Assembly: GCA_963719315.1 (NCBI GenBank)
Contig: CAVRBU010000011.1
Coordinates: forward strand, 139,372 to 203,371
Length of the DNA: 64,000 nucleotides
DNA from: an uncultured Planctomycetota bacterium
Lineage (GTDB): Bacteria; Planctomycetota; Planctomycetia; Pirellulales; Lacipirellulaceae
Direction: 5' to 3'
Within the stretch, counting starts at the first letter, position 1. Each line of letters starts with the position of its first letter. This document shows, in pieces, positions 52,878 to 64,000 of the stretch. The notes under the pieces are model-generated. The model had not been told where the DNA came from, made no database searches, and worked only from the letters and a program-made list of their open reading frames with translations. The position numbers were made by a program, and so were the translations under genes.

Positions 52878-54299
52878 ATGCTCTTATTCTCGCGTTGCAG
52901 ATGGCGGACCTATTGGATTCGGTTTTGTCTCGTACTGCTTGATTCGTGGGCAGCTTCCCACGTTGCCGGCTACAACTACACTAAAATCGCCGACTCTACC
53001 GGGCCGTTGTCTGCATTTGGCAAGCCATCGATCAACGCGAGCGGTGGAGTTGCGTTTTCGGCTAGCCTCGACGGTGGGGGGACGGGAGTCTTCGTCGGCA
53101 GTGGTGGATCCCTGACGACAATTGCCGACGAGTTGGGGCCGTTCAGCGGATTCAATTCCGGCAGCGGTCCGACAATCAACGACAGTGGCGTCGTCGCATT
53201 TTACGGCGTACTCGACGCTGGCGGTGCTAACGGCGTCTTCACAGGGAGCGGGGGACCCACGACGACGATCGCTACCACGGCAGGGGCGCCGTACGGCGGC
53301 TTCGACATTTTTCCGTCATTCAACAATAGCGGTGTCACCTCGTTTTCCACTTTCCTCGATGCTGGCGGCCAAGGTGTGTATGCCAGCGACGGGACATCGA
53401 CGACGACGATCGCCGGTACGGCCGGCGCTCCGTTCAGCAGTTTCGACGGCGGAACCTCGATCAATGCAGGCAGTACGGTCGCCTTCTTTGCCCGCTTCGA
53501 TGCCGGCGGAGTGGGGATTCGCTCTGGCAACGGCGGAGCGACGACTCCGATTGCCGACACCGCCGGAGAGTTTAGTGATTTTGGCATGCACCCGGCCATC
53601 AATGCCGCCGGGATGGTTGCCTTCGAGGCCGCCTTCGACGCCGGCGGACAAGGAATCTTCGCGGGAGACGGCACCACGACGACGACGGTGGCGGACAGCA
53701 GCGGGCCGTACCTTAGCTTCATCGCAGGCGGCGGCGGACCAGCAATAAACAGCGCGGGCAAGGTCGCTTTCTTCGCCCGCCTCGACGATGGTGGCCAAGG
53801 CATCTTCACTGGGGCCGATGCCGTCTCCGATAAAGTGATTCGCACCGGCGACTCACTATTTGGCGGGACAGTCTCGTCGGTTGCACTGTTGAACGCTCTC
53901 AACGACAACGGCGAAATCGCATTCCACTACACGTTGATCGGCGGGGTTTCCGGTGTCGCCGTGGCGACTCCCAGTCCCGCATCGCTCGTGGGCGACTATA
54001 ACGGGAATGGCGTCGTCGACACGGCCGATTACATTGTATGGCGGAAAAATAGCGGAACTAGCAACGTGCTGCCTAACGATCCAATCGGGGGCATGATCGG
54101 ATCCGCTCAGTTCGATCAGTGGCGGGCTCACTTCGGTCAACCGCCGGCTAGCGGTTCCGGCGTGAGTGCTAATAACTCCACCGATGCCGCCGTTCCAGAA
54201 CCGGCGACGCTAGTGCTGCTGATGTTTGCGGCGGCTGGTTGGTATCTCCGGCGAGGCCGGGCATATAGACACTTCAACAACTCGTTACCGCTGATGTAA
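52878..54299 (+). CDS. NxxGxxAF-repeat protein with dockerin-like motif and PEP-CTERM
   Basis: Repeats PSINASGGVAF, PAINSAGKVAF; GDYNGNGVVDTADY; VPEPATL + TM. Confidence 0.9.
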   Translation: MLLFSRCRWRTYWIRFCLVLLDSWAASHVAGYNYTKIADSTGPLSAFGKPSINASGGVAFSASLDGGGTGVFVGSGGSLTTIADELGPFSGFNSGSGPTINDSGVVAFYGVLDAGGANGVFTGSGGPTTTIATTAGAPYGGFDIFPSFNNSGVTSFSTFLDAGGQGVYASDGTSTTTIAGTAGAPFSSFDGGTSINAGSTVAFFARFDAGGVGIRSGNGGATTPIADTAGEFSDFGMHPAINAAGMVAFEAAFDAGGQGIFAGDGTTTTTVADSSGPYLSFIAGGGGPAINSAGKVAFFARLDDGGQGIFTGADAVSDKVIRTGDSLFGGTVSSVALLNALNDNGEIAFHYTLIGGVSGVAVATPSPASLVGDYNGNGVVDTADYIVWRKNSGTSNVLPNDPIGGMIGSAQFDQWRAHFGQPPASGSGVSANNSTDAAVPEPATLVLLMFAAAGWYLRRGRAYRHFNNSLPLM

Positions 54300-54774
54300 C
54301 CCAACAACAAGCGTAAAATTTGATATTGTTCAAATCCAGTCAGCGCATGACGCAGTTGGGGTGCTGTTGCGGCAATTTGACGTATCCACATGACTATCTT
54401 TTTTCGAGCGTGAAAAGGAAATATCGCGATGAGCTGAAGCCTTCAAATCCTTGTTTGGCGTTGCCGGCGCTTGCCTTGGCCGCGCGTCATCCGGCAGACG
54501 TCACTCTTGCTAAGACCCAGTTGCTTCATTTTCTATCCGCGTCATACTGACGAGACAAATTCGCTCTTTGGCACAACAAACGGCCGCAGGAAGAATCGCT
54601 CATGAAAAGCGATTCGTTCCGGATAAGTTGTTATGAGGCGGATCTGTTCTTGATCGGCCGTTCGGCTTGGACCCAAGTGCCTGCCGCTTCTCGCAGCGTG
54701 ATCAACGTCTGTAAAACCATCAACGCCTTCCCCGATGTCGATGCTATTAACCAATAGACTCACGGAGGTGACCG

Positions 54775-55884
54775 ATGAATTGTTTGAGTTGGCACGTCTC
54801 GATTTGTTCAATTCTCGTTTTCTCATTTACCGCTGGAGAAATATCTAGGCCGGCAATCGCGACGGCGGCCATCGTAGTACCCGACGGGACCCGCGTCTTT
54901 CTGACGGTCGACGGGCAAACAAATACCTGCCCTTCCGGTGGGAACTGCGCGGTCGCCACCGGACCGACCGTACCGGTCATCATCCCACTCACGACATTCA
55001 CGGATCCCCGAGGCCCAGGGTTCGGCTATCTCACGTCGAGTGCGGACGTCATGACTGGCAAGACGGCGCATGGAACGATTAACGCGTTATCAACGGACTT
55101 CCAATACCTGGCGATCAACGACACGTACACTGTCCACGGCCTAGCCAGCGGATCGTTTCCAATCACGGCAACGCTTCATATTACGGGCTCCTACGGCTCC
55201 ATACCAAACACGACGTTTGGTAACCTGATGGGTACCGAAGCTTCGCAGCTCGAAATCGGCACTTTTCATCCTGAAGCTACACTTACTCAATTCCTGATCG
55301 ACCCATTCCCGCCGGATGCCCTCAACCCGATGACTGCACAGGTTAGCCAAATCCAGAATGCGATGGCCAGCTCGACACCACTGACCTTTCCGTGGGACGT
55401 TCAGGTGAGCCACACAAAGATGGTCAGCGTCAATGACATATTCGACATCGCATACGGAATCACGATGAATATCTCTAGCTCTGCTCAAATGGATTTGAAT
55501 CCCAGTAACATCAACGTCATATCATTTACCTTACCGGAAGGTGTGTATTTGACGTCGGCACTGGGCGCGACCTTCGGAACACCACCGCTTCTGGTCGGCG
55601 ATTACAACAACAACGGCGTGGTCGACGCGGCCGACTTTGTTGTTTGGCGCAAGAACGACGGAACGTCCACCTCACTTGCAAACGATCCCCTCGGTGGCAC
55701 GATCGGCCAGGGCCAGTACGACAATTGGCGCGTCCACTTCGGCGAAGCACTTGGCAGCGGCGTGGGTGGGAATTCGAACATCTCCGTCCCGGAGCCAGCG
55801 ACCTTAGCACTGCTGATACTTGCGGTCGCTGCTCGGTGTTTCCAGCTACGCCGGGCCACATGCAAAGTCCCGAGAACTCGTTAA
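54775..55884 (+). CDS. Secreted protein with dockerin-like motif and PEP-CTERM
   Basis: RBS GGAGG; GDYNNNGVVDAADF; VPEPATL + TM. Confidence 0.88.
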   Translation: MNCLSWHVSICSILVFSFTAGEISRPAIATAAIVVPDGTRVFLTVDGQTNTCPSGGNCAVATGPTVPVIIPLTTFTDPRGPGFGYLTSSADVMTGKTAHGTINALSTDFQYLAINDTYTVHGLASGSFPITATLHITGSYGSIPNTTFGNLMGTEASQLEIGTFHPEATLTQFLIDPFPPDALNPMTAQVSQIQNAMASSTPLTFPWDVQVSHTKMVSVNDIFDIAYGITMNISSSAQMDLNPSNINVISFTLPEGVYLTSALGATFGTPPLLVGDYNNNGVVDAADFVVWRKNDGTSTSLANDPLGGTIGQGQYDNWRVHFGEALGSGVGGNSNISVPEPATLALLILAVAARCFQLRRATCKVPRTR

Positions 55885-55918
55885 CGCGCGGCACACACCG
55901 AAAACCGACCGTTTGAGA
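55867..55918 (+). other. res-like motif B upstream of the recombinase
   Basis: GTCCCGAGAACTCGTTAACGCGCGGCACACACCGAAAACCGACCGTTTGAGA, ~80 bp before the recombinase ATG. Confidence 0.55.
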
Positions 55919-55995
55919 ATCTGGGAAACCTATACTAAGCGTGGGTGTTTAATAAATTAGTCACTCATCTTTGATTCTCATCGGTTTCCACTTCA

Positions 55996-56592
55996 ATGGT
56001 CGCGCCTGTTCCCAACGGACGCTTGGTCGGCTACGCGCGCGTTAGCACAGACGACCAAGACCTCACCCTTCAGATTGACTCGCTGACTGGCCTCGGCATC
56101 AATCCAAACGACATCTTCACAGAGAAGATCTCGGGGGCGAAGACGGATCGCCCCGAATTGAATGCCTGCCTTGCCAAATTGCAACAAGGCGACACGCTTG
56201 TAGTCTGGCGGCTAGACCGACTTGGACGCTCGATGCACCACTTGGTCGAGCTTATCGAGGAACTGCGCAATCGCGGTGTCGGCTTTAGGTCTGTCAGTGA
56301 CGGCCTCATTGATACGACGAGCCCTTCGGGCGAATTGATCTTTCACATCTTCTCGGCACTAGCTCAATTCGAGCGCCGGTTGATTCAGGAGCGGACCAGG
56401 GCTGGCCTCGCATCAGCGCGAGCAAGGGGTAGACTGGGCGGTCGCCCACCGATCGGCCTCGACGAAGCCAAAGTACGTGCAGCCAGAAGGCTGCATGATG
56501 ATCATACGCTAAACATCGACGACATCTGCAAAACGCTTCGCATTTCCAAGTCAACGTACTACCGTTACGTGCAGATGAAGAAAAAGAATTAG
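55996..56592 (+). CDS. Serine recombinase (resolvase/invertase, Hin/Pin-like)
   Basis: GYARVSTDDQ, VWRLDRLGRS, FERRLIQERT, GRLGGRP, C-terminal HTH. Confidence 0.95.
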   Translation: MVAPVPNGRLVGYARVSTDDQDLTLQIDSLTGLGINPNDIFTEKISGAKTDRPELNACLAKLQQGDTLVVWRLDRLGRSMHHLVELIEELRNRGVGFRSVSDGLIDTTSPSGELIFHIFSALAQFERRLIQERTRAGLASARARGRLGGRPPIGLDEAKVRAARRLHDDHTLNIDDICKTLRISKSTYYRYVQMKKKN

Positions 56593-56824
56593 CCTCACGT
56601 CACAGTCTCAGATTCTCATACCTTTGATGGTGTCGCTGCCGCGTTCCAGAAACTCAGACGTTTTCTCGGAATGAGACGCCGGGGCATTCCGGGCTGTCAA
56701 ATGCGCTATTAATCCAAGGTTTTTGACGCTGCGTGGTGTGTCTGCCGGTGAAAGGCAAACTCGCGTGAGCAAAACCGCTCGAATTGTCTGACGGACTGAC
56801 TTATGCTCCACCTATGATGCAGCT

Positions 56825-56935
56825 ATGTCCGACGTGACGCAGTTACTCAACTCGATTGGCGCAGGCGATCAACAGGCGTCCGCAGAGTTGTTGCCGCTTG
56901 TGTATGAAGTGCTGCGACGACTGGCCCGCGCATAG
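56825..56935 (+). pseudogene. N-terminal stub of an ECF sigma factor
   Basis: MSDVTQLLNSIGAGDQQASAELLPLVYEVLRRLARA followed by a stop; typical planctomycete ECF N-terminus. Confidence 0.75.
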
Positions 56936-57024
56936 GGGACAAACCGCAGGGATCGAGTCACATTTGGCGCGAATGCCGCGCGTGGGCTAGAATCGCTGCG
57001 GCGCATTTGTGAGGCTGACTATCT

Positions 57025-57792
57025 ATGGAGTGGCTCGCTCTAACCGACGTTGAACGGGTTGTGCGGCTAGTGAGCGAAGCCGCGGATCCAACGGTGGAGA
57101 TGCCCGTTCCCGAGCGGAAGCGGACGTTGCTGGAGGGAGTGGCCAAGCTCGTCTCGGCCGACATGTGGATTTGGTCCTCCGTAGCCATGAATCCGGAGAG
57201 TCCCGGAGACGTGATGGGAGTAAGCAATATCGATGGAGGCTGGAAAGACGATCGCCAGCGGGCTAGTTTCTACGCCTTCCTGATCGATCCGAAGCACCGT
57301 CCGCAACAAGCCCAGCTGATCAACACTTGCAAAGGGCAGCATAGGACGATGGGGATGGAATGTTTCGCTCCGATCTATGGGAAGCAAACTATTGACACGG
57401 CTCTTAACGCGATCGGTATTGGTCAACTCCTATACTCCTATTACCCGATCAACGAGTCGGTATTCAGCGCAATGGCATTATATCGCCGATCCCAAGAACC
57501 CCTGTTCGCCGATCGTGATCGCGCCATCGTGCACGTGGCCACTGGCCAGGTTGATTGGCTGCATCGCCATGGCATGGACATCCCCGCGAAGGAAAACGTA
57601 TTAAAACTTTCGCCGCGCGAACGACAGGTTATGATATCCCTGCTGGGTGGCGATTCGCAGAAGGAAGTCTCGCGGAAGCTGGAGCTCAGCGAGCACACAG
57701 TGGGCGACTATGTGAAGGAGATCTATAAACACTTCAATGTCAACAGCCGCGCGGAGCTGCTATCCCACTTCATCGCCGGTGGGCAGCGATAG
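57025..57792 (+). CDS. LuxR-type HTH regulator, paralog 1
   Basis: LSPRERQV...[22 protein letters not shown]. Confidence 0.9.
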   Translation: MEWLALTDVERVVRLVSEAADPTVEMPVPERKRTLLEGVAKLVSADMWIWSSVAMNPESPGDVMGVSNIDGGWKDDRQRASFYAFLIDPKHRPQQAQLINTCKGQHRTMGMECFAPIYGKQTIDTALNAIGIGQLLYSYYPINESVFSAMALYRRSQEPLFADRDRAIVHVATGQVDWLHRHGMDIPAKENVLKLSPRERQVMISLLGGDSQKEVSRKLELSEHTVGDYVKEIYKHFNVNSRAELLSHFIAGGQR

Positions 57793-57806
57793 GAGGCGAT
57801 TCGAAC

Positions 57807-58574
57807 ATGGATTGGATGGCCCTGGACGACGTGGAACAAATTGTGCGACTGGTGAGCGAGGCCGCCGATCCGACGGTAGAACTGCCGGTTCCCGAGCGGA
57901 AGCGAATGCTACTGGAAGGAGTTGCCAAGCTTGTCGGGGCCGACATTTGGCTGTGGCACATTACGGTGTTTAACTCGTCGGTTCCCGGCGATACGATGGC
58001 GACGAACCTCATCAATGGCGGCTGGATATCGGAACAGGAACCCGCCAATTTTTTCGGAGCCCTGTTGAATCCAGAGCTCCGGCCCTCAATTGCCAGGCTC
58101 TACGATTCCTGTCGTGAACACCATGTCACCCTGAATCGAGAATCGCTGCCGCAAGCGGAAGATTGGCTGGCCGTCGACACGACTTGGTCCAGCATCGGCA
58201 TCAGCCATTTCTTGACCTCCTTCTACCCCTTGGGTGAGAACGCGATCAGTGTCGTCGGCTTCTATCGCCGTCTAGGCAAGCCCGCTTTTACCGGCCGCGA
58301 TCGGGCCCTCGCACACGTGGTGATCAGCCAGGTCGACTGGCTGCATCGGCATGGCGTGGATGTTCCGGCAAAAGACAAAGTCCCCAGACTTTCAACGCGC
58401 GAGCGTCAGGTGATGGCGTTGTTGTTGGGTGGCGACTCAATCAAGGAAGTCTCGCGGAAGCTGGAGCTCAGCGAACACACGGTCGGAGATTATGTGAAGG
58501 AGATCTACCGGCACTTTTCGGTCAACAGTCGGGCGGAGTTGCTGTCTCACTTTATCGCCGGTGGGCGGCATTAG
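57807..58574 (+). CDS. LuxR-type HTH regulator, paralog 2
   Basis: Same length (255 aa) and near-identical termini to paralog 1. Confidence 0.9.
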   Translation: MDWMALDDVEQIVRLVSEAADPTVELPVPERKRMLLEGVAKLVGADIWLWHITVFNSSVPGDTMATNLINGGWISEQEPANFFGALLNPELRPSIARLYDSCREHHVTLNRESLPQAEDWLAVDTTWSSIGISHFLTSFYPLGENAISVVGFYRRLGKPAFTGRDRALAHVVISQVDWLHRHGVDVPAKDKVPRLSTRERQVMALLLGGDSIKEVSRKLELSEHTVGDYVKEIYRHFSVNSRAELLSHFIAGGRH

Positions 58575-59571
58575 GCGCGCTCGCCGTTTCGCCACCGGCG
58601 ATCGTCGACAGGGCGCGATACGTCGTCGAGTCGATGGTATCGGCGAGCAGGCGGGCCGATCCGTCGGCAAACAGAAATTGCGCTCCGCCCGGATGGTCGC
58701 TGCGAAAGTTGGGTGCTGAGTGGGGACCGCCCTCTTCGCTACTGCGGCAGTCGGCGAGTCCGCCAATGTCGATAAACGAGGCGGTCACCGGCCGCTTGTT
58801 GGGCGGCTCCAGCGTCGAGGCCCAGATGCCGCTGTAGTAGATCCCGATCGATTCGAAGTTAACACTCCCGGCGGCGCCGATCGACCAGGCCTGCTCCGGG
58901 ATCGTGCCTTCGCCGGGCGGCAGCGGCGACTGGCATTTTGCGCCGTGGCAGAGAGGCCAATTGGCACCGCCAACCCCTTCGCCAATGGCCATCGTCTTGC
59001 TCGTGCCGTCCTCAATCTCGGCGATGCGCGTCGCCAAGTTGACATAGAAACAGCCGCGCCTCTCACGCGGCAAATCGTGGACCGTCACGCAAAACGTATC
59101 CGTTGAACCCTTGGACAACACGTAGTCGGTCGCGCCATAGACCGTCGGCATCCCGAAGTTCCCGAGTGCCGAGAGCGTGAACGGATTCGCCTTGTCATTC
59201 GACGGGCAGATGAACACGGGCACGACGGCCGCCAACAATTGAGGCGGTTGCTGGCTGAATTGCTTCTTCTGGTCCCACAATGCGCTGAGGGCGACTTCCT
59301 CAAAATACGGGAGCAATGCCGCGTGTGCCGACGCGAAGATCGCGCTGCCCACCTCGTTGCTAACCAATCCAGCGGGAAAACACTTCTTCGCACACTCGTG
59401 ATTGTGGAGCGCAAGGCCGAACTGCTTGAGATTGTTGGCACATTGCGAGCGTCGCGCCGCCTCGCGCGCGGCCTGAATCGCCGGGAGCAAGAGCGCGATC
59501 AAGACGCCGATGATCGCGATCACGACCAACAGCTCGACCAGCGTAAACCCGCGGCGATGATGATACGGCAT
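58552..59571 (-). CDS. DUF1559 prepilin-type protein
   Basis: [48 protein letters not shown]. Confidence 0.95.
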   Translation of the reverse strand: MPYHHRRGFTLVELLVVIAIIGVLIALLLPAIQAAREAARRSQCANNLKQFGLALHNHECAKKCFPAGLVSNEVGSAIFASAHAALLPYFEEVALSALWDQKKQFSQQPPQLLAAVVPVFICPSNDKANPFTLSALGNFGMPTVYGATDYVLSKGSTDTFCVTVHDLPRERRGCFYVNLATRIAEIEDGTSKTMAIGEGVGGANWPLCHGAKCQSPLPPGEGTIPEQAWSIGAAGSVNFESIGIYYSGIWASTLEPPNKRPVTASFIDIGGLADCRSSEEGGPHSAPNFRSDHPGGAQFLFADGSARLLADTIDSTTYRALSTIAGGETASAPNAAHRR

Positions 59572-59969
59572 GCTGGCGACCTAACAGCTCCGCTGTGTGT
59601 TTGTCCGCCGCCGGCCACATAGTGAAGACTTTTTCATGGGCTGCGAACGCCGGTCGCAGCCGAAGAGAATTCAAGGCGTCCCATATTCTAATCTCTGGCC
59701 AACTGCTTTTTCCAGTCGGCGGACGCAAATTCGCGGCAATCGTGCGAACTTAGGCTGAATGTGTGCCCATTTGGCACAGCTTCGTCGGTCTTCCGCCGTT
59801 TTCACCCAATCCCCGTGTTTACGGGAATTGGTCGTGGCAACGCGCCCACGTAGATTCGCACGGTAGGTGCAAGCCGGGCGAAGAATTTCGGATATTCACC
59901 GGTCGATGATCGTTCGTTTCGCGCCGAATCCGCTACAACGCTCCCAGCCCCAAATACAAGGTCTCCGCA

Positions 59970-62900
59970 ATGTCGACTCCACGTCACGGTTTGCTCGTGC
60001 TCATCGCCGCCCAGATGATCGTTGGAAGCTTGGCATTCCCCTCCCAGGCGGACGTGGGAAACAGCAACAACGTCGCCTTTTCGGCCGTGCGGCAGAACCC
60101 GTGGGTGCCGGGCGACGCTTTTGAGTACGGAGATACTGGGTCCATATTCAACACTGGGCCGCTCAAAGTTGATCTGCCGCGGCTCAACGGCAATGCCGTG
60201 GGAACAGCCCTTGATGCAATTTCGGACTTTCTGGGAGTCGATTTGCCGATCGACGCCCGTCTGGGCTTTGGCGGGACGGCGGGCGGCTCGGTCGGTTTCG
60301 ACTGGGGGTACGACGTCAACGGCGGGCGGCTGAACATCAACTATCCGGCCGTCGCTGGAGTCACAGTGAAGACCTTTCGTGATCCGAATACGAATCAAGA
60401 TACCGGCTACGTGGTGTCGAATCGCGAGCAGAATCGAATTGGGGTTCTCGCCTGGAGTAACGCATACCACACCGGGCAGCGCTGTATTGGCCATTCTCGC
60501 CGGCAACGGATATTCCGAGCAAATGACGGTGGGCGGCGGGGCAGTGCACTCGTTCGCCTCGTTCGACACCCCTAATTTCGCCACAACGTCGGCCAACGCC
60601 TCGGCCTGGATCAACGCCAATTACGATGTCCACGCTGGGGTTTACGCCGAAGCGAAGGCCTGCTTCATCACATGCTTCCTCGACTTGCGGAAAGATTTCC
60701 AAATTGACAAGGCAGATCCAAAGGTGCCGATCGTTGAAATCGATCCGCATGGAATTTACGTCGCAGGTGTACCCACACCGGCCATTAATTTTGATATACC
60801 TACGCAACTGCCCGGCGGGGCAGGTTCCGTGACGCTGAGCTTTCCAAAGTTGGCGGTTGGCAGCAATCCGATCGCGCCGGGTAGCGCGACGCTTCATGGG
60901 CACGATAGTAAGCCCGTAATCACCGTTCTGTTCAATCTCGAAAAATACATCCCGTTTATCGGCGAGTATCTTAAAGGAAAAGTTGGTCCCTTCGAATATG
61001 ATGCGCTTTCTCTCGCCGCCGGGCCGCAGCTTAGTCTGTATCAGGACTTTACATTTACGCCCGACCCGAAAGTTCAACTCAATTTCAGCGAGGACGTGAT
61101 GATCCGCGGTGAACCGTGCGGAAACACGCTCTGTGCCGGCGGCACCACGTATCGCCCGGGTCATAACGTGATCTCGCCGCTGGCCGATGGGGATTATATC
61201 GACTGGCGCCCAATCTACAGCCCGAACAGCGAAATCCACATACAGCCAACGTATATTCTGGACAACCAATTCACGAACGTAACTGGCCTAGAAGTGGGAG
61301 TTGCCTACGACGCGAAGATCCTGACCATCGACACACCGATCGGCAAACTCCCCCCGGCGTTTCACCCAACCGGCACGGTCTCCTTATTTGACGTACCGTT
61401 CTATTCGAACACGTTTGACGTGCCCCTGCCGAGCGTCGCCGGGCCCGAGATCGTAGTTTCCAAGAAGAACTTCGCGCCCTCGGGTGTCTTTCAGAACTTT
61501 TCCGACGCCAGCTTGACTCGCAGCGTATTACTCAGCCGGAATCCTGCCATGGGGCTGGCAACCTACCAGCTCGAAGGCTCGTACAGTCGACCCAATCCAG
61601 AAGGTCCGCCGATCGTCACTCCGTTTGTTGTGCAAATCACCGGAACCGAGAGTTTCTATCTGCCGCCAGGTGCAGAATTTCCAACCTATTTTCTCACGAC
61701 CGATCAGGATGTAATTGTTTCTCCCGATATCGAGCCCGTCGATCTGGGCCGCGACTTCCGCTTGGGCTTGGACAACCTGATCCACACCCAATGGTACGAT
61801 CCGACCAACCCGATCTACGTCGACCCCGACACCGGCAGCCAGTTGCTCTTGGCCAAGCAATTCGAATTCCGGCAGGACAACGTGAACGTCGACGCGGATC
61901 CGATCCTCGGATTCCAGAACCAATTCGATCACCAAGTTGTCACGACGCCGGAAATCGGCCCGACGGTGACGACGGACCTGCGGAACGGGCCCCTGGCTCT
62001 GGGCATCGTCCAAAGCCACGAGGGCGTGCCCGACGGCAATGGCAGTTTCGACAGCTTCGAAGCTCCGGTCATCAACAACGTTGGCCAGGTAGCCTACCGG
62101 AGCGGCTTGAACAACACGCCCGGCAATTCGGGCGACGCGGAGGGCTTCTACCTCACCGACGACGGTGGCACAATCAAACTGCTGCGCGGCGGCGATCCGG
62201 TTCCTGGCGGCGTGGGGTTGGCAGCGTCTCTCACTCCAGACTCGAAGGTTTGGCTATCGGACTCCGGGCAGTTGACTTCCCGCGTGGGCGTTCTGGGAGC
62301 GGGCGGCGTAGGCAGCGATAGCGGCGTCTTTCACAGCGGTGGAGGCGGTCTCACCGAAGTGGCCCGCATTGGTCGGCCGAGCCCCAACGGCGATGGGTCG
62401 TACTCCTCGCTGGGACGCATGACGGCCAACGCATCGGGCCGCGCAGCTTTCCTGGCCGAGGTTCACAATCCGAATTTCTCCGTGGCGTATTCCGGCGTGT
62501 TCCGTGGCGACAGCCAGTCGACGAGCGTAATCGCTCGCTCCGACCAGACGCCGGCCGGCCTCAGCCATCCAATCAACCAATTCTCCGATCCTGCGATTAA
62601 CGCCGGCGGACAGGTGGCATTCCTCGCGCGATATGGCGACGGTTCAATCTTCGGCGCTCAAGGCATCTATCGGGGCGATGGGCAGACGGTCACCACGATC
62701 GCCGTCGGGCGAATCACGTCGCCGCAGGAGGGTGAATTCAATGAGTTGTTCCGCCCCGCGTTGAATAGCGCCGGACAGGTGGCGTTTCGGGCGCTCGCAC
62801 CTTCCACAGCCACGACCAACGGCGGGGAAGGCATCTACCGTGGTGACGGAACGCAAACAACGGCTATCGCCCAGCAAGGCGACACCGCGCCAGGCGCCGT

Positions 62901-64000
62901 GGGAACATTCCAGCAATTCCTTGATCCGCACATCAACGATCAAGGGCAAGTCGCGTTCGCGGCCCAGACGTTCAATGGCGCGTCCTATCAGTCGGGTATT
63001 TTTCTCGGCAATGGCGGCCAGCTCACTCCGATTGCCGTCAGTGGTCAATCGCCCGACAACGCCGCTGGACAACTCGACTATTCCAGCTTCTACGATCCCA
63101 GTGGCGACCGCGACTTTGCGTTCAACAATCAAGGTCACGTGGCGTTTGTCGGCAGCGGCGGTTTGTTCCTTCACGACGGAACGCACCTACTTCAAATCGC
63201 CCGCACCGGTCAAGCGTTCGAAGGCAGCACGATTCAGGGCCTGTTCCTGGCCACGGGCTCCGATACCGAAGACGGCCTGAACGAATCGATGCAAATCGCG
63301 TACACGGTGGCATTGGCCGATGGGCGGCGCGTCGTCGCCCGCTTCGAACCGGTCATGCTGTGGAAGAATGCCGGCAGCGGCATTTGGGACAACGATGCCA
63401 ATTGGTCACTCGGCGTGCAGCCGACTCGCCCCTACGACGTGGCCATCATCCGCGAGGACGCGATGACGGTCACCGGCCCGGCGGCGAATCGCACGGTCCG
63501 GTCCGTGATCATCGGCGGCTACGGCAACAACGTCAATTCGCTGCGGCTCGACGGCGCCGGCGACGTAACGGCAACCCAACGAGTCGCGATCAGCGAAAAT
63601 GGGGAATTGGTGCTGGGCGGCGGGCGCACGTTGACGTCACCGATCCTGGAAAATGCCGGATTGATCCGCGGCACTGGCACCTTCGTAGGCGACGTTGTCA
63701 ACGATGGCGTCGTCGCTCCCGGCAACTCGCCAGGCAGGTTGACCGTAGACGGCAATTTCACGCAAAACGCAGCGGGCTCCTTGGCAATCGAGGTCGGTTC
63801 CGCCACAAGTTACGACCAACTCGTTGTAAACCGTGATGTCGTGCTCGGCGGCGCATTGTCAGTGTCGCTATTGAACGGTTTCGTGCCGAGTCTCGGTCAA
63901 ACGTTTAAGATCGTCGACAGTCTATCGAACGTGCTGAGCGACACGTTTGACGCCGAGAATTACCCAGAATTCAACGGTTTGACCTTTGACGTGACCTATT
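59970..64000 (+). CDS. Large secreted protein with NxxGxxAF repeats and autotransporter-like beta repeats; frameshift near 60423; runs off the window
   Basis: Signal peptide; after a +1 shift the frame reads to the window end with PAINAGGQVAF-type repeats and VAPGNSPGRLTVDGNFTQ. Confidence 0.8.

Noticed and set aside
57025..58574. Diversity-generating retroelement TR/VR pair
   Set aside because: Ordinary paralog divergence rather than adenine-specific changes; no intact RT
59772..59786. Sigma54 promoter TGGCACAGCTTCGTC
   Set aside because: Lacks the -12 GC

Overview
GC-rich bacterial chromosome segment. Gene content (PEP-CTERM/dockerin-like proteins, DUF1559, ECF sigma-Ser/Thr kinase pair, many short palindromic repeats) points to a planctomycete, probably Pirellulales (inference). 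A ~40 kb core block (10-50 kb) holds a sigma54 response regulator, an exosortase/EpsI/Wza/Wzc locus, glnA, an IS21 element with a 7-bp target duplication, scpB, rpe, accD, xerC, bshB1, an M32 carboxypeptidase, pntA and scpA. It is bracketed by two inverted, diverged copies of a 0.7-0.8 kb non-coding element (9094-9886 and 50158-50835). Each copy has a promoter-like motif, a boxA-like motif and nested long-range pairings; only the left copy carries a 15-unit GCTAA(G/C)A array. Outside each copy lies an accessory region. The right one is a run of PEP-CTERM genes, each followed by a related res/hix-like motif, plus a Hin/Pin-type serine recombinase, a reverse-transcriptase remnant, an ECF stub, tandem LuxR genes, DUF1559 and a large secreted protein. 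This is a candidate recombinase-driven surface-protein cassette system. Five single-base frameshifts in otherwise intact genes are most likely assembly indels. No rRNA, tRNA or CRISPR array was seen. All calls were made by eye, without database searches.
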